Source: Tubulanus polymorphus
Lineage: Eukaryota > Animalia > Nemertea
Length of the DNA stretch: 64,000 bases
Assembly: GCF_964204645.1 (NCBI RefSeq)
Contig: NC_134025.1
Coordinates: forward strand, 3,844,001 to 3,908,000
Reading direction: 5' to 3'
The position numbers were made by a program, and so were the translations under genes. Each line of letters starts with the position of its first letter. The first letter of the stretch is position 1. The notes beneath the pieces are model-generated. The model saw only the letters and a list, made by a program, of their open reading frames with translations. It did no database searches and was not told the DNA's origin. This document shows, piece by piece, positions 1 to 14,400 of the stretch.

Positions 1-3000
1 ACGGAGTCACCGGCAGCAGATCCAGAGAACAGGCAATCATCGTCGTCTACATTGATTGGAATCATTGCCATTGAACCGAAAAGCTTACCGCCAATTCGAA
101 GGTTTTGTTTACTCAGGTTATTTAGATGGGGACTTACGGCGACAGCTGAGAACCTAGTGAACAGTAGCGGTCGTTTGATAGCCACACTTCCACTACTACT
201 ATACGTGTGATCGCGTGAAATATATCGCTGCTACAATCAAACGACTAACGTACTATTTTTCTGATTCAGACGTATTTGTATAACTGTTCGTACCTCTCGA
301 TATCCGAAACCAAAAATAGAGAAGTTACTCGGTACTTTTTACTTTGTTGATGCTTGATGCATCATATACCTGTACACAGCATACCGATTCAACTCTACGC
401 CGAATGAATAAATTGCGATTAATTCTGTGTAGGCAGTTGATGACTGCGGTGGTATTAGTGTTAGTTTTATATTTTCCTCTCATCTCGTAAATAAAACTCT
501 GCTCATTCATACACAGTCTCGGTGTCGTTTTAACCTTGATGTGTGCGGCATACGGTGTATAGTTATTTTTTCCTGACGACACTATTAATTTTTCGGGCCT
601 TTGCCCGAACAAACGGAGTTGACGTGACCCACATTCGTCTAACAAAAAGTAATTTCCTATCAATTTTCTAAACGACGAGACTGGAGTTTAATGGCGAAAA
701 CTAGCTGCATTCTTTCAATGGTAGTCTTTTCTATGGCGGACTCAAAGCGTTTTTCTTCTGACTTCAAAATTATAATTGATTGACAAGTCGATCATCAATC
801 ATTTCCGTACAACCTCGTGTATTGAACAGGTCAAATACATTCGAAATGTTTTCTAAAAATCACGAAGATATCTCGTAGATAATCTATCTTGCGACGACGC
901 ATCGTCGAAAAAAAACTGTGTGGTCCGTATTTCATTTGTAGATATATTTATTCGTGTTTTTAGACAAGGCCTCCTAAACTCATATTTCGGTGCAAGTTCT
1001 ATTTCACCCATCCCGGCTGCAATTAACTTCCAATTAAGGTGGAATTTGCTGTCTCCGATTGCGATCTTGCGCTGGCATATCCCGTGGAATTAAACGTTAC
1101 TCTAAGGAGCTTCTCCCAGACGCGCAGTAACGTAGCAATTTATTCTCACGCGTTTATCCTTACAGATAATAGACGACTTTATACGGGGCACATCTTCTTG
1201 ACTCAGTTTTACTGTTTGCCTTACTGATGATATGAGTAAGCTCGTAACTTAGTATTTCCGATTATAATTGATATCGCTTATGTCACGCGGTGAAACTGAG
1301 ATTTGTATTTTGTGGGAAGAAGAGAAATACGAGGATTGCCTGATTCCACTCACTGATCAGCGAATGATGGATGAATTAAGGGCAGTTTAGTTGTCGTTCT
1401 GGTGTTCGTCTGTCATTCTGGTGCCGTCAAATCCGACGGTGTTATCTGTCAGTATGCATTTCTTTCCAAAAGTTGAAACGTTCTTTTAAGGAAATAGGAA
1501 TTATTTCATTCCATTCGATAGCCGGGATAAGTTTAACAATTATGAATTGAGTTTGACTCCATTAGGCTATTATTAATGATACGAATTTCAGCTCAGAATT
1601 GTGGAACTGGGTTCTATAGTGATCCTTGGAATCTATGAGAGATTCTATTGTGTGGTAGTTTGAGTAGAGACGGGGAAACGTAGTGAATTAATTAGGGAAG
1701 TTGCTATTCGACTATCGTTAACTTAGGCGATGAAACTCTGTCAATTTCGTTTCCTTTTAATTTAATTACACAAATCATAACTATAATATCGAACACACGG
1801 AGTGCTCCGCTAAGCACCTGCAGTTGAAGGTAAACGGAAATTTACTTTGCCTTTGATCGCGCGGCGTGACGATTGGGTGGATATTGGTTAGGAAAATCTG
1901 TGAGTTATTGTTTATTAACCGTGCTCTAATCACAACGTACAACCGGGGTGCCTTGCCGTCGCTGTACTCGGTTTCAATGGCAACGCAATATGGCAAGTTC
2001 ACAGCTATTGATGTCAATAATTAAATTACACTTCTAGCTTTTCGCCTAAGACAATAAATCACACAAAGGAGTTAAATTTAAAAAATAGATCCAGGAAAAT
2101 ATTATGTTACATCATTGTAGTTGACGTATGGAAGAAACGCCATGCATTCTTCTTATCACAAACAAAATGAATGTAAGAATTTTACATTCAATGAAAGTTA
2201 TTTTGGTAAATAAAAAAGAGGGAATTGTAAAGATGAAATATGATACATTTCATTCAAAGACACTAGGATTAAAGTGCTATATTTCATCTCTATATCAGTG
2301 CCGATCACAACTTTGGTTTAAACCGAAACGGTACACAATTTGTATACAATTACGAAGCGAACGACAATGTGACAAGTGGTTTTAGGGCATCGAATGTAAC
2401 CGTTATATCATCCCTGGTTTATACCTTGCACCGTAGATACACACGTGTCTGTGGTATATGATAACCTGACTACTGACGACGGGGTTCACCGTTTAATGAG
2501 TTGATGCGGCAGTTTTAGCTATTATAAGTAGAGAAAGCATGACAATTTGAATTACCTTTAACTATAGACTAATGAATTATTCATGTAGCGATTGTAAGGT
2601 GTTTAATACGAGCCTCTCGAGAGTAGTGCGGTTATAAATTGATCGTGAACGCTTATAAACTAAAGCTATTGTTCAAGTGTCGTTCAATAGTGAAAGGTCA
2701 ATCGGATTGTATTTGAAAATTATTCATATTTTGTAAATAGACGACAAATTACGGAACACACTTTGAAATTAATAGGAATGTGTTTGTTTAGTCACGTGAT
2801 CATGTTTTACAACTCAACCAGAAAATCGGTATCGTGTCTCATTTCCATATCATGGTTATCCCCAGACGAGATTGAAAATTTCCAAGATTTTAGGTTCAGA
2901 GAATGAAAATGTTTATCTTAGTTTTTGAGATTCGAGTTTCTCTGTTGTTCATTGTGACCTTGAACTTCCTATTTGAGTAGAGTCCGCGGATTGTTGGCAG

Positions 3001-6000
3001 ATTTTTGTGTGACAACAGACCGTCTGGCGATCGATTTGCGCTGGATTATTCCCATTTGAGGGAAGCAAAAACTAAACATTGCTTGATCCCCATTTGATCC
3101 CCTAGCAGTTAGAACAATATCAGCTCAATGGGCCTACAGGCGTCGTAGAATTGGCCGTCGTTCATAGAACGTGTTTGCGAAGAGCTGTCAGAACATGGAT
3201 CATTTCGCTATGAACAGATATAATGGAATCATCGATGGTTTATACCCACAAGCAATATCTAGTAACTGTGTGTGTTCGGTAGTAGTAGCAGACATCCGAC
3301 AGCATATTACCACCGCAGCTAACGGAATTTAGAAATTGAATGATGAAGCTTGAATCTACCATTGCTGGTGACAAACTAGGCCGTTATATCAAGTCGTATG
3401 ATAGAAAATTGTAAACGTGCGTAATTTTCCACTCGAGACGCACCGGGTCAGTTACGACACTCATATATACTGATCCGTTTCAAATAAAAAGGAACACTGG
3501 AACTCAAAATAATCTTACCGATTAGACACATTTCTCTAAATGAAGGTTTATCAGAATTTAAGATAAAGAGTATGTCTATGAATGTTCTTTACGTGTAGGC
3601 CCTACGGGTTCACACAGATCAAAATTTCTTTAAAATGGTTTTGTTGTTGATGTCATTAAACGAGGAAACTATCAAATTCACACGCTCCGTCGATTACCTA
3701 AAGTATGCACGATACAAATAGGTTTATTTGACTGATGGTATTTTAGTCTCGGCGTTCATTCCATAATCTCCATACATCTTTAGGACGAGGCTTGTATGCG
3801 TGACATTTGAGCGCGTTATGTGCTTGTGTAGAACTGAGGCTGTGTCCGTTGTGCGATCCTTCGTCTCGGCCGATGATGAATGAGAAAATGATTACACTAA
3901 ACTATGGCCTATGATCATCAATACGAAATTTCCTACAACCCGTTACTACCATCTTGCAAAGATTTGCCATTATGTCAGCTGATGATGTACTTTGGGAGAT
4001 TGATGAAGAATTTGCTTTCATAACCGTCGATTCTTCGGTCGTGAAACTGTTTCATTCCTTGACGCGCGGACAATCGTGGCGCCAAAAGATATGTGACAGC
4101 TGTAAAAAACGGGCTGTATTTCTCAATATGTATTGGGACTTATGTGCACGAATAAATCACGGGAAAATCCCTAAAAATCTCTGGTATACTGATATCATTA
4201 TATATTTATATATCGAATCATATCAATATCATTACAGGAAAATGTGTGAATTGCAAAATGCCAGTGTTGATAAATTCATGTCGAAAACTGAATCCTAAAA
4301 CCGATTTTAACTCATTCAATTCAACAATCCGAACATGAGAAAGCATGCATATGTGCTATGTCACTATCAACTAAAATTGAGAATTAAGAAAACCAGCATA
4401 ACTTGTAGAAGACCTCGTCTCATAATTGAATGAATTATGATTATTAATGATAAAAATGATATCACACCGTATATTATATACGAACATCGATCTTTTAGTG
4501 ATCAGGTTCAATGTACGAACAACAACGATCACTTAAGTTGCAGCATAAACTGACAATAATAGGTTCAATCAACGCTGACAGTATTACAAACAGTACTAAC
4601 CCTAACTCTTGATACTTGGAATGAGGTATTTGACTCTAAATGATTTATTTGATTTTCCTGCTTTGTTTTAAGAATTTTCAAATAAGTAATGAACCTCGAC
4701 ATGAAAATGTCTTCTTAATTGGTAAGTGTTCGATTTTGAAAGGCAAAAAGCACTTGGGATTCATTAATCTATAATTCAGTCTCGACGCAAATAGTCAATG
4801 TATTAGCTTTGCCGCGATCATTTCACGTTTGGCACTAATCCGCTAAAGCTTTAAGTCAGGCAGGTAGTCACACATAGCTAATTCCAAAAACGACATCATT
4901 CTACATCAAGACACAATGACAATTCTTCATTGCCGATCTAAAAAGCAACGCTGTCAAACACATTTTAGCCTTTTTCGGTTTTTTGTCACTGGATTCGCAC
5001 GTAAAGTCGCGAGGCATTATAAGTGTTCAAGGGACCGTGAGATCATAAATTCGCAACTCGCATTGGTGTTAGCGTGGCGCGTATATCAAATGTTTTACAG
5101 GTTCAGGACTAGTATTTTATGTACAACAGCATAGCGAGACTACATTACGCACAATACCTAAACAACTAGGCTAACGACATTATTTTTAATGCTACCGACG
5201 ACGAATTAATTGAGTTATTGATGAGGCGAAATACGTCGCACAAACACTACAACTCAACATAAAGCCAAGTTTGTCAAGTCAACTTGACAAATGTCATTGG
5301 CTTAAATCTTCATTTAGTTTTCCTATAGAAATCATCGATTTTAATCTGAAAACAAACAATGTTAATGTTTATTAGTGTTATGTTGGTCACTCGTATATTT
5401 GTAATTTTGTTTTACTGTGTGCACAATGCCTAATGGTAAAACCCAATTTTAGCCGAGTGACTACCCGGCATTCCCGTCCATCACTTTCCCATCCGTCTTC
5501 TGTATCCCCGACATAACTAACTACATTGTCAGGTATATGAAACTCCGGCATGGCAGTAGTGTAGATTGCCATAACCTCCACTTTTCTCCCCACTTCCCAA
5601 GCCAAGACATCAAAGTCTTGTATGATGAATAACAGCGCGGTGATACGTGATCGGAATTCGGCGCGGGCTGTTTCTAAACAAGCGTCTGCTTCACCGTATA
5701 CGGCTGTCGTTACATTGGTTTTCAGTACATTACGCTACTGTAAGCGAAACAGGTTGGCCAAAGTCATGAATTTTACATTAGGTTTATTATGCTCACATTA
5801 CAAAAATTCGGCGGACTACACGTTGTAAAAATAGTCTGATATTAATATATGCCTCATCATTTCGTCTGGAATTTCAGACCATTTTTTCATTCGAAATCGA
5901 GAAAAACCACCTTTCTTACATAACCACTTAATCAATATGATTATTCAACGTTTTGCGGATAAAAGCCTCATTCATACAGCATGATATTGTATCCAGATGT

Positions 6001-9000
6001 TACTGATGACTTTTCGACTACTTCGAGCTTTTAACAATTGCTTTTTCGACTAACGATCGAGTTTCATTGAACAGTTAATGATAATACAACCATAGAACAA
6101 ATGATATTTCATTAATTCATAGATCGTGACCAGATTCCAAATTCGCCTTTAAAACTGTTATTCGATTGAATACTTTTTGTATCGGAACGTGAAATATAAT
6201 CCGAGTTAAACAGCTTATTACGGAAAACATCCTCTTAATTTCGGTCGCTTGATTTCCTGAGTCGGGCCCCGACGGGGGTAAGAAAACTCACCATTGTGCC
6301 AGGAACACTTATCGAGCAATCCAGTGTAATTGGCCCATTTCCCTTTAGAGTTTTCATGTTTCGCCTTGCGCGCATTGTTGGCTGAGTAACGGTAAAATGG
6401 GTAATTATCACCGTGGGTAGGAACATCGATGGAAATGCGCCCAAAGGGTTCGCCAGATACAGTGTTAATTTCCTCTTGTTTCAATTTGTTCAATCATACC
6501 CTACACCTGTATCCACACGTAATATGATTAAACCACTGTTTAACTAGATAGATTTACTAAACGAAGCGATATCAACCATATTAAGCTATATATACATGTA
6601 GACATATTTAGAACACAGTCCTTTTCTGGATTTTTTTCAACTATATTTTCATTGTCAGATATTTCAATTGAATGTCTCTCTACAGTGAGTATATATTCTA
6701 CGTATAGCCTACGATAGACACTTCCGCACTCTCAGGCTACATCAACCAACCAAAGCTGCTACGAACAAACATAACAATAGCCACTCTCCTAGTTTTCAAG
6801 TAGGCATTTTGACCGAATTATTTAGGTTTACCTACAAACTTCGCCAGAACAAATATGCACAAGTACGTGTCACTCACGGGGGCTTCTCACCTTAGTCAAT
6901 GGTGATCCTTACATAATTGATAAATAACATGGTATTGTAATATAGATGTAAATATCACGGACGTTCCGCAGGTTTCTATCTATTTATCGATGTTTGTTTA
7001 CGAAATATTGATGATGCCCGTCCAATGGAACCTCACAGAAACATGTCATTACAACCGAATTTCATTCGGATGCCATTCTTTTATTGATGGTTCTCGTTAA
7101 TATCTCATGTCCATTTCAAGTTGGCTATAGATTCTATTGGTGTTTTGATACTATTGACCGAGTTTTTGTGACTTTGTATAATTTCCAAGCGACATTTGAA
7201 TCGATGGATTACCGTGTCCAGAATAAGCTTCACAAGTAATGAACTTATACGCCCAATGATAGTCTGGGTGTTCTACGTTTCACCTCATCTCCTGAACTTC
7301 AACAACCGAATCGATCATACGATGTCATAGAGAGGCATTTTACTATGGCAGATGTAAACATATCATAACCTGGTCCTTTGTGCTCTCTGTAGTCGGCCAC
7401 AAAAGCGGCGACCCGCTATTTTCGGAATTGTGTGGGTCAAGTGGTCAATTTGCGGTAAAATATTGTAGCTTTGGAAAATCCAATTAAATTCACCAAAGCT
7501 GCGTGATTGTAGCTTTTAGTAGGAAATAATAACTCGATGACCGCATCGCCATCAACAACCTTGACAGACGCTGCCGCAACTATGATTACTTGGGCATTGA
7601 TTTCATGATGATACTCGAAGATTTGATTTTCGATTTGATGGCCGTAATTGCTACGTACATTTGACCGTACAAATCCGCAAGGCGCAGACACAAACATCTG
7701 CGATAGATTTTGGCTCCCTCGAGTTGTCAACTCACAAATACAGAAATTGTTTCCAAGAGGAATTTGGAAAACAAATCTTATTAACGTTTTGAGGAGAGTT
7801 CATACGATTCTGGCTCCGAACTTACGATTACACGATGACATGGACTCAAATCGTTCTGATAAAACAAATATCGTTTCTTCAGAATCGAATCCGACATTGA
7901 TAAGTTCCAAAGGCATTGATAAGTTTTGAAATACAGTGAGAATGAACAGAAAGTCATAAGATTAACAGTAATACAAAAATTCAGCAATCACTTTTCATCG
8001 TGTATATATGAATTGGATAATCACACATGTCACAAACTGAAACGGAATTCTTATAAACCTGGGAGTTCAGGAACGTGGGATGAATGTGCTTTATTGAATT
8101 TTCGCATTAGAGCTAATCAAAGACTATAAAACTGCAAAAGAAACTGCCTTCGACCCGACACCAAAAACTCATATTCAGTTAAACGGAATACTGTTGATGA
8201 TTTGTGTAAATTTTTTCATCATTTATTTTTGCACCCGATAAAACGAATTTCATGTAAATACACAGCAACAATTTTAAAATGTACAGCCAACTCTTCCAAT
8301 TACTATATAATTTATATCATCAATTTTTAGTTAAAGGAGATTGCTTCGAGATTTGTTTATAAATTAATTTAGTATATACATGAACACCTTTTACAAATAG
8401 ACGATTGATATGTTGATTATTTGTTAATCAATTAACAAAGCTTTAATTAATCAACTGATATGCACTTGACCACTGGGGTGGATAAGACATCAGTATAATA
8501 TAACTTAATTAGATAAAATATGTTTCGATTTTTTTTACAATCTTGGAAGCACACCCATTCACTCATAACGACTTTTATAACATGGACAGGTCCATGGTAG
8601 CAGTAAAATGTAAAAATGTACTGCTGTTTGATAATGCAATTTATGCTACTTAAACGGAAAACGGATTTTACAGATTGAAAGAAAAATATAGCAATGAAGA
8701 ATTTCAATGATCGTATCGAATTGAGTAGCACTTCTTTGACAACAGTAAGGGGGGATATACTATGTTTAGATATAAATATGATCATCTGTTACCGGTAATA
8801 CAGTTTGAGTAAATGACGTTTTGTGAATTTCATTTTCAATCGAAAAGGGGATGACGTATCATTCGAATAATAGCATTCATAATGATATAATGATAATCAT
8901 AATAGAAGTAATTAATAATTGTAAACAGATCATGAATAAATTAACCTTAAATAACCCACGTCTATGTACAACAGAATTTCTGGCAGTATATTTAGCAGTT

Positions 9001-10039
9001 TAAAGGCCTTTGATTATGTACAAAAAGCTACCTCGCCAACTGGTCACTCATATTATGCGTATAAGTTGACTGAATTTTTGTGAACGGTGGAACTCATAGT
9101 AATTTGTTGCATGCCACACACACCTGGACCCCATGCTAGTGTCTGCAAAATCACAATCGTATCCCGTCAACCACCTATGGATAAGTTAAATAAGAATTTG
9201 ATGGAACTGCATCATGCCCATTTGTCGGGCAATAATTGTCAAAACACACGAGTCAACAGCTGTGAGTGGCATCAATGGTAAAATAGATATCTTCAAATCA
9301 AATACTCTGCAAATTACCCTTTCAGAATGGTAGCTCGATATCTGAGACAAAATATATGATATTACGTATAAATATTTTTTAAACCACGGGTATATAGATA
9401 CCCGGTATGAAGGCAATTTGTACAGGGGTTGTATTTAAATATATGAGACAATCTGGCATAAAACATATATGAAATGTCAATAGATTGCACTTAGAATACG
9501 TAGCCATTTTTATAGGAAAAACAGATACATACGGTATAATCCAATTCGTATTTTTTCCACAGCCAGGGGTGCGTTCGTCCCTTGGTCGTACGTGGATGTC
9601 CCATGAGCTTTTTCAGCTGGTTTCATCATGACTCACATTTCGCTATCACTCTCGGGGCTTTGTATGAATCTCGCGGCTGTCCATAACCCAAACATCACTG
9701 GGTCTCAGTCATACTCTCGCACAATAATTCATGAATCACCGACTCAAATAACGAGTTGAGATGAGCGCGAATACGAAGTTTCAAACATTTTTCGATAAAA
9801 TATATCTCATTCTTCGACGGACGACGCGAATTCTTTAAAGACACATATAACGTTTTTAAAGATGTTCTCGATATTGAAACCACGAACAGCGAAGGACTTT
9901 TTCACCCAAACACGGATACGAATAAGACACCGATAGTCCGACTCGATGAGATTGATTATAGGCCGGTCAAATTCACAAAACACAACAATCCAGTGTCTGT
10001 TTGTATATAATAAGGCAAGTAAACGCAATTTTGGCAAGG

Positions 10040-11260
10040 CTAAAGAATATCGTGATGGTGATGATGATGCGGTGATGTTTGGTGCGTATGTTGATGCGCT
10101 GCCATTGGAACAGTCTGAGCTAAACTTTGAGGTACCTGATGGTTCTGGTGGGTCTGCATTAACGGTGACCCACTTGAATGATGCAGCGGGCTATTACAGT
10201 TCGTTTGTCCATGGATCGGGCTCCCGTGCATTGGACTATTAGGTTCTAATGAGATAATTTCGCCGTTAGGACCTATGGTACCCGCAGGTGGTGTCATACG
10301 CTTCTCTTTCTGTCGCCTATTACAAAACCATACGCGAACGACTTCTTTTTCTAATTGTAACTGATCGGCAAGATGAGAGATCTCCTGAGCAGAAGGTTTC
10401 GGTTGTTTAAGAAAATGATTTTCAAGAGCTCCCTTAATAGTTACTTCAATACTCGTACGCTTCTTACGTTTTCTACCCTGAGCGGCAATTTTGTCAATAC
10501 TAGTAGGAGAGCCGGTGGTCGAATCGGCCTCCTCGAGCCACTTCTGCAATAGCGGTTTTAACTTACACATGTTCTTAAAACTGAGTTGCAAAGCTTCGAA
10601 ACGACAAATTGTTGTTTGACTAAAAACGTTACCGTATAGTGTTCCGAGTGCCAGTCCCACGTCCGCTTGTGTAAATCCGAGTTTTATCCGTCTCTGTTTG
10701 AATTGTTTGGCAAATTGCTCCAGGTCATCAGAGGTCGGCGTATCCTCGTCTGAATGATCGTGTGGATCGTGATGGTCCACCATCTCTGGGCCAAAGTCTC
10801 TGAGATGCGGATGCATCTGTTGATTTGTGCCGAGCATGCCATTCATACCCATACCGTAGCCGTGATGCTGGATCTGGGGCGAACCGTTTGACATGCCCAA
10901 CGGTGACGACGAGACCGATGGGTGCCATGTGTGTGCTGGGTGAATCTGCTGTGGAGCCCGGTGGTGTAAAGTTCCTGGATGAGTATCTTGCATTGGTTTT
11001 AAGTCCTGATTGTGCATTCCACTATGTCCCATATTATGGCCCCAGTGACTAGTATCCGAGTGGGACGGTATGCCCCAGTGATGATGTCCTAAAAGATGTC
11101 CATTTTGGTTCTGAGGGGGCATATATTTCATCTCCGGCATTTCGCGGTGGTATTGCGGTGGTTGAGACACCGGTATCTGCATTATAGGACTGTCCGACGG
11201 TGACGGCGTACCAAGTGAACAGTTCGTGACAATGTACGGATTTATCGTTGTCGTAGCCAT
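10040..11260 (-). CDS. POU3: Class III POU-domain transcription factor (Brn-1/2/4, vvl-like), single exon, ~406 aa
   Basis: POU-specific domain ([67 protein letters not shown]), class III linker ([16 protein letters not shown]) and POU homeodomain ([10 protein letters not shown]...[15 protein letters not shown]). Start placed at ATG 11260 (MATTTINPY, like vertebrate POU3F MATAASN.Y), not the upstream TTG of the ORF track. Confidence 0.97.
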   Translation of the reverse strand: MATTTINPYIVTNCSLGTPSPSDSPIMQIPVSQPPQYHREMPEMKYMPPQNQNGHLLGHHHWGIPSHSDTSHWGHNMGHSGMHNQDLKPMQDTHPGTLHHRAPQQIHPAHTWHPSVSSSPLGMSNGSPQIQHHGYGMGMNGMLGTNQQMHPHLRDFGPEMVDHHDPHDHSDEDTPTSDDLEQFAKQFKQRRIKLGFTQADVGLALGTLYGNVFSQTTICRFEALQLSFKNMCKLKPLLQKWLEEADSTTGSPTSIDKIAAQGRKRKKRTSIEVTIKGALENHFLKQPKPSAQEISHLADQLQLEKEVVRVWFCNRRQKEKRMTPPAGTIGPNGEIISLEPNSPMHGSPIHGQTNCNSPLHHSSGSPLMQTHQNHQVPQSLAQTVPMAAHQHTHQTSPHHHHHHDIL

Positions 11261-11389
11261 TCCTTTAGAGCACAGTACTAGACTCAATCAGACTTGCAAA
11301 GTGAGTTGTCTCCAGCTTATGCGTTATTCATGTATTATCCTCAGCAATGCCCTCTTCTCGACATATCCCCGACCGAAGTCGTCAATCCC

Positions 11390-11482
11390 GCCTCCAATGT
11401 ACGGATTGGCTTGTCGCCGCGTGATTGACAGTCAACTGAAAGGGAATAACCACGAACTGTCGTGTGTTGACTACCATTGGTT
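11390..11482 (-). promoter_or_regulatory. Putative POU3 proximal promoter: CCAAT boxes plus Pbx/Prep-Meis decamer
   Basis: TGATTGACAG at 11422-11431, flanked by CCAAT/ATTGG at ~11394, ~11405 and ~11476, 130-220 nt upstream of the ATG. Confidence 0.5.
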
Positions 11483-14400
11483 GTTCAGTAATGGGAAAAG
11501 CTGTCGCGTATAATAACTTAGTCAAGCAAAGAGTATTTATTCATTGAATCCCGATCGTTCATTGTATGTGGCCACGGTATTCCTCAAGACACGGGCAACA
11601 TTTCTTAAGCGTCTTAACCCAAAATACGAACGTCCGCTTATGTTTGCCGAGCAACACCAGATGCGCGAACTTTTCTTGGTAAATTTTTAGCACAGGGCGG
11701 TCGAATTGCATTGATACGTTCTCAAAGCAAGCGCATGATTGATGATCATGCTAGGTAAATGCGAGACTACAAGTAAAAAGATATTACATTTCATAGCCTT
11801 TTTATCCATTTGAAAAGAGATTTTAATCAATGGCTAACATTTTTAATTAGATGTTGGAACTATTTGTATACAATTTTGAAAAGAGCGGTTACTCTAAAAG
11901 AACCCGTCTTTTATCGGGCAGACAACTATGGTATATTAATCGTAAACATTGGCTTAGCTTTTGACAGTCGAGTGATTGGCGATTCTTTAGAGGAAAAGAA
12001 ATGAAAACATACAGAGCCACCGGGGTTGGTTTTGATTCAAACTGCGTCTTCTAGTGAACCGGGCGCTGTAGTGTAGCAGCAAACACACCGATGACCCTCA
12101 AAAACTTGAAACCAGTCACCAACATTCTATTTGTAATTTTGTTTCCCAACATATGTATAGAACGTGTCTATAGGTATGTTTTTTGTGATATGTGAAGGAA
12201 ATACTACATTCATACTTTATTTCGCATATATTTGCTCGATGATTCGTCAAAATGATGTTTCTAATTCGGTACAGCGCATCCAAAATATGCACACCAAAAC
12301 AGAAATTGATAAATATTAAAATATTTGCTTGATTAAGATTTTTAACGTTTGATCTGTATAATTTTACATATTGAATAACAAACGTATTAAAATAAATATT
12401 ATATATGATAGGATCTGAATATTGTGTGAATATTGCATCTCAAATAACCATGAAAATGTACGTGGATATATGATCGAACCAGTATGAAATATTTCAAAAT
12501 GAATGTGGAATTATGTGCATTTGCATTGAAAATCACCTAAAGAATAAACTGGTACTGTGTCGTATAAATGAATCCCAAGTATCCTATTAACTGTTATGCC
12601 GTGTATATTTTATACAGGATCGTGACTGGTCTGATTAATATTGCTTAAATAAAGACACAGTTTTGACTTGGTAATAGAAATTTTATGTTTCATATGCATT
12701 TTTTAAAGTATCAATGCATAAAAGCGGTACTAGCTAGTTGCCAAATAACAGTTCACGTATTGAGATGGACCTACGCGGACATTTACAGCACCTATAGCTT
12801 ACTGGCTATTATAGAAATGGAGTTTTGGATTATTTACACTTATTCAAAGAGGAAATTGTGTGTTACAATACGAGTACAACCATTTTCGATATCTGCCTAA
12901 GGATTTATTATGTTGCGGAATGTACCTTATCGTGTATGAATGAAACACATCCTATCAGACAGATACTGGATTTTTTTTCAATAAATTTGATTTCAAAGGT
13001 TAGTAAAAGCGCCGTTAGTGTTGTTGTTGCCGAGTTATCGAGAGTCTTCTCATTTGTTACAGCAGGTGATTAGTCGGGCCGGACCGTTTTCTGTTTGATT
13101 GGGAATCGCTCCGCTAGGGAGCGCTCACTAGGAAATGGGATCGTTACAAGAAATCTCCCCTGCGGGTACGGTAGTGCTTTCGAAACAGTTTTTGGTGTTA
13201 AATTTCACCGAATAGGAAGCAAATACACGGCGATTTGTTACAGAGATGTGGCGTGAAGTGTGTTGTATATAAAATTACGCTATTAATTATAGGCTAATTG
13301 TGATTAATCATACGACTATTTACTTTGATTTATTGATACGTTCACGATAGATGAAAAAAGCTGAACTAGCACTATGCCATATTCTATTCACTATACATTT
13401 ATAGAATTGAATGTAGTTTTTCTGTTCCTAAATCCACATCTTATATGTAATTTTTCACGTCTATCGTCTCTAAGAAGTGATTTTTATCTAGTTATGAAGG
13501 TTCTTTGTAAAATTCTAACGATGAAAGCTTTTCTTAGAATATTCGGTTCAAACAGGGAGTACTCGAGGATATTCTTAGACTGTTCCAGAAATCTCGCCAG
13601 GGATTCATGATTTATGTTTCAATTTAGTATATCTCTGAGTAAGCTAATTATTCAACAAGTTACACCATTTTCCATTTGCTGCAGAAAGCTTTATCCTATC
13701 AAACGTAGGTTTTAATCTGGCAATGACGTATTCAGTCTATCATAACCGGTGCATGGTAAATTTCCGCATCCAAATGTGACGGCTTAAACTAGATTTTGAT
13801 CCTACATTTTGGCTGATTCATCTGTGAATACTTGGTTTGCTGCAATTTATGGGCACTAATACCGATGACACCTGTGAATCTAAAGACTCGCGGATAACTA
13901 TGTGAAGGATTAGCGTGAATTTTACATGAAAATCATGATTTATTCAAATTAAATGAGGGATTTAAAAGTTGTTATCGCCAGTGAATGCACTGCCTATTGA
14001 TAATACAGCAAGTTAATATTGCTGGTTTATTTGGCATATTAGATCCGAAACACTCTTTACATCTACGTAATTATCAATCTAATTTATCATTTCAAAAATT
14101 GACTCAAGCTCGCTGTACTCATTCGATCCCACATAATGTATAAATGCACCGGTTTATCTTTTTATGGTTATTTCTTTATTTTGATATCCACAAAAATATG
14201 AATTACGAAATATACCTAGGTTATTGTCAATGAAATTATAGTTTTGGAACAATTCAGTTTTTGCTTAACCCAACAAAACAGCTCGCTGTTACGGACCAAC
14301 TGATTGACTACTAACTAATTTATTCCTTACACTGCATATCTGAAATTCCAAATTGTTCGCTGTATTCAGTATTAGATTTCACATTCCGAGTTTTGATGCC

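Noticed and set aside
4596-4606. CTAACCCTAAC, identical to the vertebrate telomerase RNA template
   Set aside because: AT-rich context with no convincing pseudoknot, CR4/5 or H/ACA domain visible; probably a chance or interstitial telomere-like match. An Infernal search with metazoan TR models would settle it.
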